Position numbers and translations under genes: made by a program. A stretch of DNA of 60,497 nucleotides, counting the filler, from Circinaria calcarea (taxonomy: Eukaryota): assembly GCA_051942165.1 (NCBI GenBank). It is 8 parts of 8 records of this genome, joined end to end, with 100 filler letters (N's around TTAATTAATTAA, not from the genome) between each part and the next. Parts side by side here need not be neighbours in the genome. Positions count along the whole stretch, not along the records: positions 45,474 to 52,936 come from JAVECS010001320.1; positions 53,037 to 60,497 come from JAVECS010001321.1; 6 more parts are not named here. One strand, written 5' to 3'. Below the pieces are notes generated by a model. The model did no database searches. It saw nothing but the letters and a program-made list of their open reading frames with translations, and was not told where the DNA came from. Below are positions 49,735-60,497 of this stretch, piece by piece; position 1 is the first letter of the stretch, and each line of letters starts with the position of its first letter.

Positions 49735-51291
49735 ATGTCCGACTCACGTCGTGGTGCTGCTTCTGGTCGTGGTCGTTCTTCTGGCGGTGCTGGAAGCTCT
49801 CGTCGTGGTCGAGATTCCTCTCGTCGTGGTGGCAATCCGTCCCGTGGAGGTGGCAATCCGCCTCGTGGAGGTAGAGATGCTCGTGGTGGTGAGCGTGCTT
49901 TTGGTGGTGGGAATGCTCGGGGCGGTGACCTTCACGCCAGATCTGGCGTTGAGGCTTCAACTTCTGCATACGCATCTCCTCCTTCTCCTCCTCCTCCTCC
50001 TGCTGCTGCTGCTGCTCCTCAAGCCCAAGCAGAGTTCCTAATACGCGGTCGTGCTCCCATTCCTGCTGCACCCGCACCACCTCAAGTGATCTTGGCACTG
50101 TCTGGGGACCAATTTCACGAACTTGCTCGGTTATTAAGTGGACAGGCAGCACAAGGAGTACCAGCGCCACCAGCAACGCCAGCAGCTCCGTTGCCTAGTG
50201 GTGAAAGAAGCTCAGTGCCTCGAGAAGAGCATCATGGTGAGAGCGGCTATGTTTCAAGTCGATCAAGTCGACAATCTTCTGCACGACAGCGTTCTCGGTC
50301 TCCTGAGACACGATCGCGATCTCGATCTCGTTCACGTTCTCGATACTCTGATCGAGGCCATCGAAATCGCTCTCCACGATATCGATCATCACGATATCGA
50401 TCACCATCATGGTCACCAGAACGACGAGGAGCTCGCCGTCGATCCCCTTCACCGCAGCGATCGCGAGGGGAATATATGATGCCACCTCCGTCGTTTATAC
50501 CTCATCGACCACTCCTTCCCAGCAATCGATGGCAAGCACCAGCCATAGAAGACGCAAGAAGGCCAGCACCACCCGCAGCCCCCGCAGCCTTCGGTAGACG
50601 TTCGGCCCAAGGGCAGGAGCACTGGGTTCAAGCCCAGCGGTTGCGAGAGACCGCGGAGAATATGGAGCGTTCTTTGGCGGAAGGACGAGCAGCTCTTGCT
50701 GCTGCAGAAGCTCGACACCGGGAATGGGGAGCTCGAGCTCCCACACTTCCGACACCTCCTCTAGTGATTGAGGGCCAGGCGTTGCCTGCATCCAGTCTGG
50801 TGGTAAGTCAGGTACCGTCTGACAGGATGGATGTCGATATCCCGGAACAATCAGCGGCATCCGGGCCATCCACCGCGTCGTCAAGTAACAGGGGTCCGTC
50901 AAGTCGTTTCTTAGCTCAGACACGCCTGAGCAATGCTATTCAGGCGACGAATGGGCACCGCCAACAATGGGAGCGGGTCTATGATTACCTATCACCCTCT
51001 CTACAACCCCTCGACCCAGCACTCATCGCTTTACAGGCAAGACTGGATAGGAAGGTCCTCATCGCCACGGCTTTAAATGCTGCGTTGGCCGAAGGATACA
51101 CAACTTTGCGGACTACTCCCGAAGATGGTGTGGCAGGTGTTATGCGAGGAATCGAAGCCCGCATGAATGGGTTGATGGAGCAACATCGAGCTTGGCGGGA
51201 GAATAGCAATGCATTGCTTACAAGGCACTTCAACGCGATTGGACATCTCGTCGAACCCGATCGCACTATCCAAAACCTTATGAGACGCTGA
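49735..51291 (+). CDS. Intronless 518-aa low-complexity protein (RGG boxes, RS/SR region, helical C-terminus), function unknown
   Basis: First ATG at 49735 in CATCATGTC context; RGGNPSRGGGNPPRGGRDARGG; RSRSRSRSRYS...RYRSSRYRSPSWSP; amphipathic C-terminal ~90 aa. Confidence 0.75.
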   Translation: MSDSRRGAASGRGRSSGGAGSSRRGRDSSRRGGNPSRGGGNPPRGGRDARGGERAFGGGNARGGDLHARSGVEASTSAYASPPSPPPPPAAAAAPQAQAEFLIRGRAPIPAAPAPPQVILALSGDQFHELARLLSGQAAQGVPAPPATPAAPLPSGERSSVPREEHHGESGYVSSRSSRQSSARQRSRSPETRSRSRSRSRSRYSDRGHRNRSPRYRSSRYRSPSWSPERRGARRRSPSPQRSRGEYMMPPPSFIPHRPLLPSNRWQAPAIEDARRPAPPAAPAAFGRRSAQGQEHWVQAQRLRETAENMERSLAEGRAALAAAEARHREWGARAPTLPTPPLVIEGQALPASSLVVSQVPSDRMDVDIPEQSAASGPSTASSSNRGPSSRFLAQTRLSNAIQATNGHRQQWERVYDYLSPSLQPLDPALIALQARLDRKVLIATALNAALAEGYTTLRTTPEDGVAGVMRGIEARMNGLMEQHRAWRENSNALLTRHFNAIGHLVEPDRTIQNLMRR

Positions 51292-51458
51292 TCGATATTT
51301 CGGCACCCTCGGAATTGGCAATAAGTATTCAAGGGAAATGATAGGAAGAGAAGGGCGAAAGAACTTGCGTTGGTCAAGAGAAGGGCATGATATCTTTGTT
51401 GAAACCGTACATGATCGATGCGACCAAGGTAATTTTAAAAAGAGCTTGGCTATGGAAC

Positions 51459-51602
51459 TCGGACTTTAAGGTAAGTAACTTTCAAAAAGAGGGCTAGCTA
51501 ACTACATAGTTTCAACCGGGATTACTAATATAACTATCGGACTTCAAGGTAGTAATTTTCAAAAGGAGGGCTTACTAACTACACAGGCTCAACCGGGGTT
51601 AC
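51459..51602 (+). repeat. Two ~66-bp direct repeats, each containing a 38-39 nt intron-like unit
   Basis: TCGGACTTTAAG|GTAAGT...GCTAACTACATAG|TTTCAACCGGG and TCGGACTTCAAG|GTAGTA...ACTAACTACACAG|GCTCAACCGGG. A partial third copy lies at 51425-51452. Confidence 0.85.
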
Positions 51603-52936
51603 ATCGGATGGACTGGATGACTGGACTCTGGCTGGGTAGGATAGTTCGGGATCAATTGCTGGCCGAATGCTTTCGATGAGATAACTAGGTGGAGGCTCTG
51701 GTTAAATCATCAATGCAAAAGGGATTTCTCAAACTAGCAATGCGCGTTGCTTCTGTGACTGTATGAGCAGTTTGACCACCATTTCCCCTCCCCACACCCG
51801 CTCAGATCCGATTTCCTCCCTATCTAGACCTGCTTGCTACTCGTAGTATTGATTTTCTACACTGTGTGTGTAACTCAAGGACGGTGGGACCGCTATATAT
51901 TGGATAGTACCATAATCCATTGAAAAAGAAATGGGGGAACGTGGACAAAAGGGCTCTAGAACCTCAGCGAGATGTTAATATCCAGGGGATGATTTTCCCG
52001 GCCACTATAAGACAGACAATGAATCTGTACTGCTATATACTAACGAGTAGGGTAAGCTTAAGTAGTGACCCAAGTTTTAATAAGAAATACTGGATTTTGC
52101 GGATTTCCGAAGCTGTATGCGCACCTGCGCATAGAGGTTCCCATCTCCCCAAAACTCACTCCTTTTCTTCCGAACTCTGAGACACTATTAGAAATGAATG
52201 TAAAGATAAGCTTACCGGCTTAGGAGCTGTCAAACCTACGAGATGGTTGGGATTGCCCTCCGATTACTCCTGTTCTGGGGTTTCTTTATGGTGTATACTA
52301 GGGTAAGACACCCTTCAAAGGCGGTGATTGGAGGACATAGAACTAAAGGAAAACTTAGTTGTTTCCATATTTGTTTGGGTTATCTCGCAAGGGACACAGC
52401 TCTGCAGATACTATGTGTAAGGCTGTATGGGAAGGCAGGCACGAACCAGTGGCGTTTTAGCTAGCCTTCGGGCTTAGATAGCAAATGACAGTTCTACATT
52501 ATACAATAACGTGACAAGTTAGCCAGGTATGGGGTATGCAGATCAAAGTATAAATGAAAGACGGGAGGGATGGACGCAGTGGGAATAGGAGCAGAGATTG
52601 AGAATGGAGTACGGAGAGGAGGAGGATGGAAGGTCATGCATGAAAGTTCTCAAGCGGGAAAAGGTATATAAACAACAAGAGATGAGAGCATTTATTGCTA
52701 GACGTAAGCTACGCTACTCGGTGTCTCTATGCTAACCTGGCAGCTGGGCCCAACTCTTTAAGATTCCAGCAAGTCAAGGTGAGCTCGCTAAATTGCAAAG
52801 AAATATCACCCTAGGTCCTCCTCATTTGTAGCCTTGAAAGCCATTCCAATTACCAAGTCATGGGACAAACGGTGCCGAGCCTATAATGCAGGTTAGTCAC
52901 CTGGGAGAGTTACTAACCTAGAGTCCCCCTTGCGAA

Positions 52937-53036
52937 NNNNNNNNNNNNNNNNNNNNNNNNNNNNNNNNNNNNNNNNNNNNTTAATTAATTAANNNNNNNN
53001 NNNNNNNNNNNNNNNNNNNNNNNNNNNNNNNNNNNN
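52937..53036. other. Artificial contig spacer
   Basis: N44-TTAATTAATTAA-N44. Confidence 0.99.
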
Positions 53037-55096
53037 AGGATGCTTTTCGTTTCATTTACAGCCATGCCGCTCACCCCCATCGCTCGTACTTGTGTTCCCC
53101 TTCTCAGCCGCTGCAATCCCACTGCGACCTTCCAACCTTCCTCTTCTTGCAGGACAAAGACGTACCGTTTCCCCTCCTGGTCTCGGATACTCGCTCGGAG
53201 GACATGAAGCCCCTTGTATTCACCGCTCTGTGAAGACCCACTGATGTTAGATCGACTCTTCACCGAAGAATGAGAAGCTCCAAAGCGACCAGAACAGCCA
53301 GACTTGCAACCTTGCAAGAATTTCTCAAGGAAAGCATCTGATTCTTCACTCGTCAAAACTTTCGATGAAGCCTTTGATCCAAAGAAAGTAGAACGACCAG
53401 TGCCCGTGGTAACATTACGAGATGCAGGGGCAGAGCCAGAAGTTGCTCCCAAATCTTGCAGCTGGGGACACCATACCTCTACCAATTTCATTGTCCATGC
53501 TTTGACGTCCCACTCCCGCTGGGGCACACCTCTTACATCGTCGTCGATGAAGAGACCTTCCGTGGTGATACGGAGAACGAGACCGTCGGTGACAGAACCG
53601 ACGCCGGATACAAGCTGAGCAACCGGAAGCTTTGTGAAGGTATTATTGAAGGAGTAAACCGCTTTGATGACAATTTTATCAGGATCTTTTGTGTGATAGG
53701 GACCGCGATTTGACGGTGGCGGCGTTGTGCGTGCCGTGGACTGTGATGGAGCATACGAAGACTCGGAATAAACCGAGGACGTGGACGTGGCCTTTTGTAC
53801 AGGTCGTTTAGGTTTATCGTAAGGGCGGAAGGAGTATGAAGATGCATCATCTGTGGCTGTCCTTGCCGTAGGCTGTCGATGGTCTTTGATTGGCGAAGAT
53901 GACCTTGAAGTGTCGGACTTCCTCGGGATGGTCTGTGTAACTGGATCCCGCAGCCTCTCCTTTGCTTCTTTCTCCTCCTTCTTGCTTCGCTCCTCGGCCT
54001 CTTTCTTGCGTCGCTCTTCAGCCTCCTTGGCGTCTTTGGCTTCCTTGGCCTCTCTAGCTTCTCTTGCTTCTTTGGCCTCCTTTGCTTCTCTTGCTTCTTT
54101 TTCTTCCTTCTCCCTCCGTTCCTTTGCCTCCTTTGCTTCCCTTTCTCTACGCTCCCTCGCCTCTTTTAATTCTCTTTCTCTCCGCTCCTTTATTTCTCTT
54201 TCTTTCCTCTCCTTTACCGCATTCTCTCTCCGCTCCCTGGCTTCACGTTCCCTTGCGTCTTTTTCTCTTTGCTTGGCCTTCTCCTTCTCCTCTTCCTCCC
54301 TTTTCTTCCTGAGCTCCTCCATCCTCCTCCGCAAGTCCTCTTTCTTTCTTGTCTCTTCTCTTGCCTTTTCCCAGTCATCCTTGTCCGCACTTGTACCAGT
54401 ACCATTACCGTTGGGGGGTGCTGTGTTTGCTTTCTGCCATGTTGGCTTGGGTGGAGGCTGTGTATTAAAATCCGGTGGAGGTTGTGTACCAAATTCTGGC
54501 TGAGGTTGAGACCCAAATCCTGGCGGAGGGTTTCCATTAAAGCCTGGTGGTGGTCGCGTATTGAAACCTGGCGAAGGATTTGCATTGAAACCTGGTGGGG
54601 GTTGCGCATTAAAGCCTGGCGGAGGTTGCGGGTTGAACCCTGGGGCAGGCCCAGTAGAGGCACCGGGCATTCCACCCGTTGTGCCCGATGCTGGCCCGCC
54701 TGTAGCACTTCCGTTGGCATACGTACCGGATGCACCTCCTGCACTCCCATTCGCCGGTTTATCAGTCTCCATCTGTGTTTTACCCCAAGCCCATCCAGCA
54801 ACTCCTACCCCAACCAGCAAGATCACCACTCCCATACCTCCGCTCGCTACGATTGTAGCAAACCATTCTCTCAGGACGGGAAAGATGACGGTCCAGATGG
54901 CCACAGCGAGGAGTGTACACGCAACCCCGGCGAGGAAGCTGTTCCGATGTGGTTGTAAAGAAGGCAGGTAAAGGAAACCTGAACCCGAGGAGTGTGGCGG
55001 TATGATGAATATGTCGTAGTTGCCGGGTGGAAGGCCTGAGGAAGGTTTATGGCCGCTGCTCGTGCCATGAGGTGGAGGGGGAGGAGGGGGATCCAT
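53037..55096 (-). CDS. Fungal membrane protein of unknown function (2 TM helices, PGFN repeats, E/K/R-rich helix, globular C-terminus); 3' end cut
   Basis: Long ORF: GNYDIFIIPPHSSGSGFLYLPSL, two hydrophobic segments, charged helix, and C-terminal DGLVLRITTEGLFIDDDVRGVPQREWDVKAW. Confidence 0.85.
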
Positions 55097-56304
55097 GGGT
55101 TGAGCCCTCCTTTAGAAGGAGCAGTGTAAGGGCGCCGAATGCTTTCCAGCAAGCGGTTTTGGATTTGTATCTGCTATGACCTCTGTATTGGCCGGAAATG
55201 GAGGAAAGGTCTTTTGTGGGGGTGCTTCATGTTTTCACGACAATCCTCCGTCGTGCTAACAGGAGTAAACTCTCCAGGACCGCTGCCTAGAATAATCCGA
55301 TAGATTAGTATTCTAGCAAATTGACAGGATACCGTGGGCAAAAAAATACAGCCGTCTTGCCGGGTGGGGCTTGCGGTGAAGACGCTGAACTGTCCTAATG
55401 TTGCTCATGTTGACCTCGAAGTTTTGTTATTTACTGACCTTGGGGCCCGTGCGCTTTTTCCAGATCCACTCCCCCCTGCCTGCAGAACCGGACGCTGCTT
55501 CCCGCTTCCCCAAGATCAAACGGGGCCGGGAGCTGGAACGCGATTAAGCAGCCGCGATATGGCCCTGGCGGCTTAGAGGATTTATTGTCAAAGAAAAGAA
55601 ACTTTGGGGCTTTGAGCGCGGGAGGCTAGGTAGAAGAAAAAGGGAATCCCCTGCCGTTTTGTTGTCGCCGTAATCATCACACTTCACGTCGCGGACCATT
55701 GTGACTACAATCCTCACCGTCGATTCGTGCATTTTCCGGGCCGCCTTTAGCCAATTACCATGAAGAGTGGCTACCTTTTCATGCCAGCGGTTGCAGGACT
55801 TGGCATGCTCATCTTCTCTAAGCAGGTCGCTTTGTGTTTATGCAGCTCCTCGATAGCGACAGGCTACCCCGTCATATGCAGAAGTGCCTTATAGCAGCCA
55901 ATTGAGGAGCTGCCAGATTCCAGCCGGTTGCGTCTGCAATTACTGTACGGAAATGCCATCGATCTAGCTACCTATGGTACTCGGTGGTCTTGTTGTTTGT
56001 TGTCAAACTAACTTTACCTGTCATCCGCTAGCGGCCGCTCAAACGGGCCTGTTCAGCCGTTGTGCCGTTGTATCATGCAGTAGGGGGACTTAGCAGCCAA
56101 TTATCGTCTCTGCTGCCATGATTCGTTGTTCCATCTAATACGAAACAATTACCTTGGCAGTAATTGCAGACATGAGCATATCAGGGCAAGCTCCGAGCCC
56201 TATCTGTATAGATCTAGTGTTGTTAGTGGGTATCAAGGCAAGCAGTTCGAGATGTTCGAAAAAGCTTGTAGAATCGAATAGTGCATGGGCAAGAGAATTA
56301 CAGC

Positions 56305-58485
56305 TTAAATAGACCGGCCAACTCCTTCGCCGATAGGGGCAGCTTCCAGAACCCAATCTCTAATCCTGTTGCTCACATCCGTAACCAGTTTCTCATAATG
56401 AGGATTCTCGGCGATGAAAAGCCCGCAATGGGCTCCAACTTCGTCAACTCCCTCCATATATACCCTTGGCCAACATTTATCGCGCTCGCCATGTGCCCCT
56501 GCCTTGGGGGGCAACATGCAAAACTTCCTGTCCCGCTTTGGCTTCTCGACCTGTTCATCTGTTGGGGCTATCTTGACGGCAGGGCTTCCCGGTGTAGCTG
56601 TTATCAGAGGGTCTGGTTCGGCTTGCTGTTTTGCCTGCCGTTTTGCTTTCCCTTTTTCCTCTTTGATTCTTAACTTTTCGTCATCCTTGATTTGCTTCTC
56701 ACGAGCTTGTCGAGCAGTTTTCTCACGTTTTTCAACCAGCTTACGGCGATCAACGATGGCCTTGTCCCGGTCTTTGACAGCTCGCTGATGAAGTTTCACT
56801 TTACGGGTGTACTCTTTCTCGGCCAATTTACGTTCGTCTTTGTCGGTGTAAGAAGAAGGATCAAAGGCAAGAGGTTCTGTTGGTACGGGTGGGATCGGGG
56901 GAAGTGAGGTCCGCTGAACTATGTCCGAAGTATTGATTCTCGTCATGTCCGGACTAATAATTGGCATAGGGGAGCTAGCTTCCTTGTCGGATGGTGGGTC
57001 GTGAAACCACTCGGTTCGGATATCTTCGCCATCTACAAATGGAACCGGTTCCATATGATTCATCTCCTGACTATCACGTTCCGAAATCTCACCCGAATCT
57101 CTGTCCAATTCCTGCTCAGCAAATGACGGAGTACTCGGCTCGGACAGCCTGTCGTCATCCTGGCTGCCGACTGTAGTCAAACCCATATCTTGCATTCTTG
57201 GGTTAATCCCGGTGTTTTCGGTGCCATGAACATGGGACCGCTTTGCACCTTGGTAATCAAGCGACAGCTTGGCTTTCTCTGTACGTCCCGTGCTTGCAGT
57301 GTAGTAATTGACAAACCGGATCCGTCTTAGCGGCCTAGAAAGATGGGCCGAAGCTTGGTGGCGCTCGTCAACGTCTTCAAGGGCTCTGATTCTAGCATAT
57401 CGCTTTTTTAGTCCAGCGTAATCTGCAAGGCATCCTCCAAACTCTAGGTGTGAGGTAACGTAGGATTTGGTAGCTTTTGTAAGGCCGTCGGAGTGTTTCA
57501 TAATGAAGTGAAGAGTATTGTCCCATCCCTTTCGAGCTGGGATGCGGACATCATTAGGATAAGGAGGATCGAAATTTGGATCATTGATAGGAGAAGCCAA
57601 AGGCGATACACTGTTTTGCCTAGTTGAAAGTGATGTACTCGGGTTCAATGATGTCGTACTGGGGTGAGTAGTAAAGTAGCCGGAAGTATTGGAGTCTTGA
57701 CTCTGAAGCGGCCTCAGAAGAGAAGCTCCCATTGAAGAGCCTTCGGGCTGTCCAATATTTGACGGCATAGGTAATAAAGCTTTGTCGTTTTCGATATCAG
57801 ACCTGTACCTAGCACCTGGGGTATCAGGTGCAGGGCGAAACAAGCTACCAATACCGCTGACAACAACACCAGGATGCATCCCGAGAAACGGAGTGTCGAA
57901 ATTGACAGTTCCCAGAATCCGGTGACGAAACGGATCGCGGCTTGTTGGTGAGTACGGAGGTAATAAGGCTACTTCAGCGGCCAGAATACCTCCCATGCTG
58001 TGTCCAAGCAAGATGACGTCCGTCGTCGGCGACTCGTGTGGACAGAGCCTTTGGGAAAGGTCAACATATTGGTACTAAGCTTGACCGGCTGGCGAGCCTC
58101 CTCACCAGTTGCTGAAATCATCTCGCGCGTATTCAATGGCCTTTCTTGACTTGTACTTTGGATAGATTTTGGTATGAACGACATGTGACCCAGTCAACAG
58201 CAAAGTAGTGAGGTTATGAATATGTGCAGGAAAGCTCTGAAAGCTGGTTTCGTTGCCCATAAAGCCATGTATGTAAATAAGAAGCAGCGTCCTCCTGCCA
58301 TGGTCCTGGCTGTCACGAGGTATCAAAGACTCAGCTGAAGTTGCCCTTGGATCTTGTTTTGACCATGAGTGAGTTAAAGGCTGAGAATGATATCCGGATA
58401 CTGCGGCAACATATGATGGGGGTGGGGGTTCTCGAGGAGGTAACGGTGGAGGTTGATTGAGTGATTGATCCTTTGGATAACCCAT
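56305..58485 (-). CDS. DUF676/lipase-like alpha/beta hydrolase
   Basis: LLLIYIHGFMG in exon 1; intron after FSNW; GHSMGG nucleophile elbow, FDTPFLG, C-terminal DEVGAHCGLF. Confidence 0.9.
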
Positions 58486-58915
58486 CTTTACATATCAGAA
58501 GCTATGAGTAGTTCTGGCAGCGCGACTTAGTTCAAGGTCGACATGCAATTCAAGCAGACCAAATAGGATCTACCGTTCGAGAGTTACTACTTAGTAGCTA
58601 GATACAAATAAAGCCATAAAAGTTAGGGCACCCCAACCAATTAGATGCAAGGGTTTAGATAAATAGGCACCTCAACCTTCAATCTACTATCCGAGGGATT
58701 GCTCTTTTCCAGCACCAACGTATCTTTATAAGCGTCTCTCGATATATATTTAGAGTAAGCCTAGAATCTCCTATATATTCACCTATTCCAGCAATGCGAC
58801 TTTGGTCAAACCAGACGATAACTGTTGGGCTCATCGCGATTCATAGCAGGTCAAAAGCGCCACTGATAACTTCGGACTATTTTAAATAAAAAGGGCCGTC
58901 ATTCAGTTCAACATC

Positions 58916-59452
58916 ATGGCTACTGAAATGTATCACAAAGTTGGCCGTGGTGGGGCGGGGAATTTCTACGGCGAGCAAGATATCGAAGCAGCAACAAAGA
59001 GAACTGAAAAGGTTTTCCCCCTTTAATATCTTGTACACATACAGGACTTATTTAAGTGACAGGACCTTGAAGCACAGCCCGCTGATGTACGATCGGATAT
59101 AGTATCGAGCTCCCAGGCCCTTCCTGATTACGCTCATTCAGGTCGAGGTGGTGCTGGTAATTGGTACTCGCCTCCAGACTTGGAGAAGACGGGGAATTTC
59201 TCTTCTGACACCGGGAGGCCTATTGTCAGTCCTAATACCAAGGCTGTAGGTTACTCCGGGAGAGGAGGGGCAGGTAACTTTAATAGCAAAGATCAGGAGA
59301 TGAGGAGACTAGAGGAGGAAGGGCTGGCTCAGGAAGCACGCAGCAAAAGAGAGGCTGAGATCGTGAAAGACGTAGAGACGGGTTTGAAGCCACCGGAAAA
59401 GGCTCATTTGGGGGTGGCGAGCTGGAATGAGGAGACCGGGACGTTGGCATGA
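58916..59452 (+). CDS. GRGGAGN-repeat protein (DUF3602/Par32-like)
   Basis: Three GRGGAGN motifs (VGRGGAGNF, SGRGGAGNW, SGRGGAGNF) across two exons. Confidence 0.85.
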
Positions 59453-59712
59453 AAGGTGTCGGGCAGCATGATCTCGGCCGTTACGGCTCGTGTCTGGCCA
59501 TCTCTAGTCCTCGAGTTCAGTTCTAATTGATATCAACCTTAGAGCATACCAGGTTAGCGCTCATTCGGAGCTCCACGCAATATCGAACGAGAAGTGCCAA
59601 AAGTTCTCTTTGTTTGCTGTTTTGCAACACAGCTTGTTTATTGTGTGACATACCACCACCGTATCTTCTCGTTGACCCGTAACGCTATGCTCTCAGATAT
59701 GCCCTGCTGCTT

Positions 59713-60491
59713 TTAATCCATTTCTATCCGCTCATCTACACCTCCACCGATCAGTAACCGCTGCTTGACTCTCTGCCTCCTCGTTTCCTTGATCTGAGGT
59801 ACTTTGGTACTTTCTGCCTGCTCGTCCAATGCTTCCACTGCCATTCTTTCGCTTGCGCGCACTCTCGGGAGTAGATGTTCATTTTCGGCCACTAATTTTC
59901 GATCGGCCATCCTCTGTTTCTCTTTATTGTCAACCATCCTCTTCTTGTAAAAGGCTCTTTCACGCTTGGCGCGTATTTCAGAAACTCTCTGCATGGCTTT
60001 CAGAGTAGAAGCCACAAGCTCTCTATTGTAGCGGACGGGCACGTTGCGCCGTGCTGCGAATGTGAGGGTGCTATCGACCACCATCTCTTTGCCAGCAGAT
60101 TTCTAATAGAGGTTAGCAAAATCAGAAGCTTGTTGCACTGCGCGCACTTGTACTCACCCGAAAAGCCTTGGTCCATTTGAGCTGCGGGAGTGGGTTAGCT
60201 CTAGGTAAGGTATGCATAGTAGCCGTTAATATCTAACCTTGCGAGGGTTCCTCTTCATCTTAAACTATATTGTAGTTCAGTGACCGGGAATTGTTACAAG
60301 CAGCAGCTTTCATGCATACATTCTTGTGGCACTTCGACCTACAAAACTTGAACACCCTCGCATCGTTGCGGACAAAGGTAATACCTGATTCGAACTCTTA
60401 GCCCTTTCTATGCCGGCATTAGAATCAAGAATCAAGAATCAAACCTTTGGAGGGGTAGCAGGGCTGCGAGCAAAAGTAGCAGGTCTCAATC
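59713..60491 (-). CDS. RLP24: Ribosome biogenesis protein Rlp24; first exon lies outside the window
   Basis: [67 protein letters not shown]...[12 protein letters not shown]. Confidence 0.97.
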
Positions 60492-60497
60492 CTAGAC

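Noticed and set aside
49617..50923. Many overlapping ORFs on both strands within the RGG/RS gene
   Set aside because: Expected shadow ORFs of GC-rich low-complexity coding sequence, with no independent motifs.
53853..54971. Long antisense ORFs (SLASLAS..., LLLLF...)
   Set aside because: Mirror translations of the E/K/R/A and proline repeats of the minus-strand gene.
60421..60441. AGAATCA x3 repeat
   Set aside because: Simple microsatellite inside an RLP24 intron.

Overview
This is eukaryotic DNA from a filamentous ascomycete (Pezizomycotina), not a continuous locus. Eight unrelated contigs of about 7.5 kb, ordered by decreasing length (7491, 7486, 7481, 7479, 7470, 7466, 7463, 7461 bp), are joined by artificial 100-bp N44-TTAATTAATTAA-N44 spacers. 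Most contigs carry ordinary intron-containing genes: BST1, SLX4, CGI121, a Zn2Cys6 transcription factor, an S10 carboxypeptidase, a methyltransferase, GH12, a Sec7-PH Arf-GEF, ADA2, YPK1, PGI1, GDI1, MRPL4, NOT2, an HD-domain nucleotidase, a DUF676-like hydrolase, a GRGGAGN-repeat protein and RLP24. Several pseudogenes are also present. Four observations stand out. (1) Contig 7 has an intronless divergent gene pair: a protein with a split GIY-YIG-like nuclease motif set plus coiled coil, and an RGG/RS-rich protein, flanked by mirrored repeats, very short intron-like units and RIP-like relics. (2) A complete Tc1-like transposon has DD39E spacing, a GC-AG intron, perfect 43-bp TIRs and an apparent AGT rather than TA target duplication. 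(3) The 439-nt first intron of NOT2 holds an internal branch point-AG|GT site, suggesting recursive splicing or a 2-nt poison micro-exon. (4) A hAT-like MITE sits at a gene-truncating junction. All calls come from reading the sequence and recognising motifs; no database searches were run.
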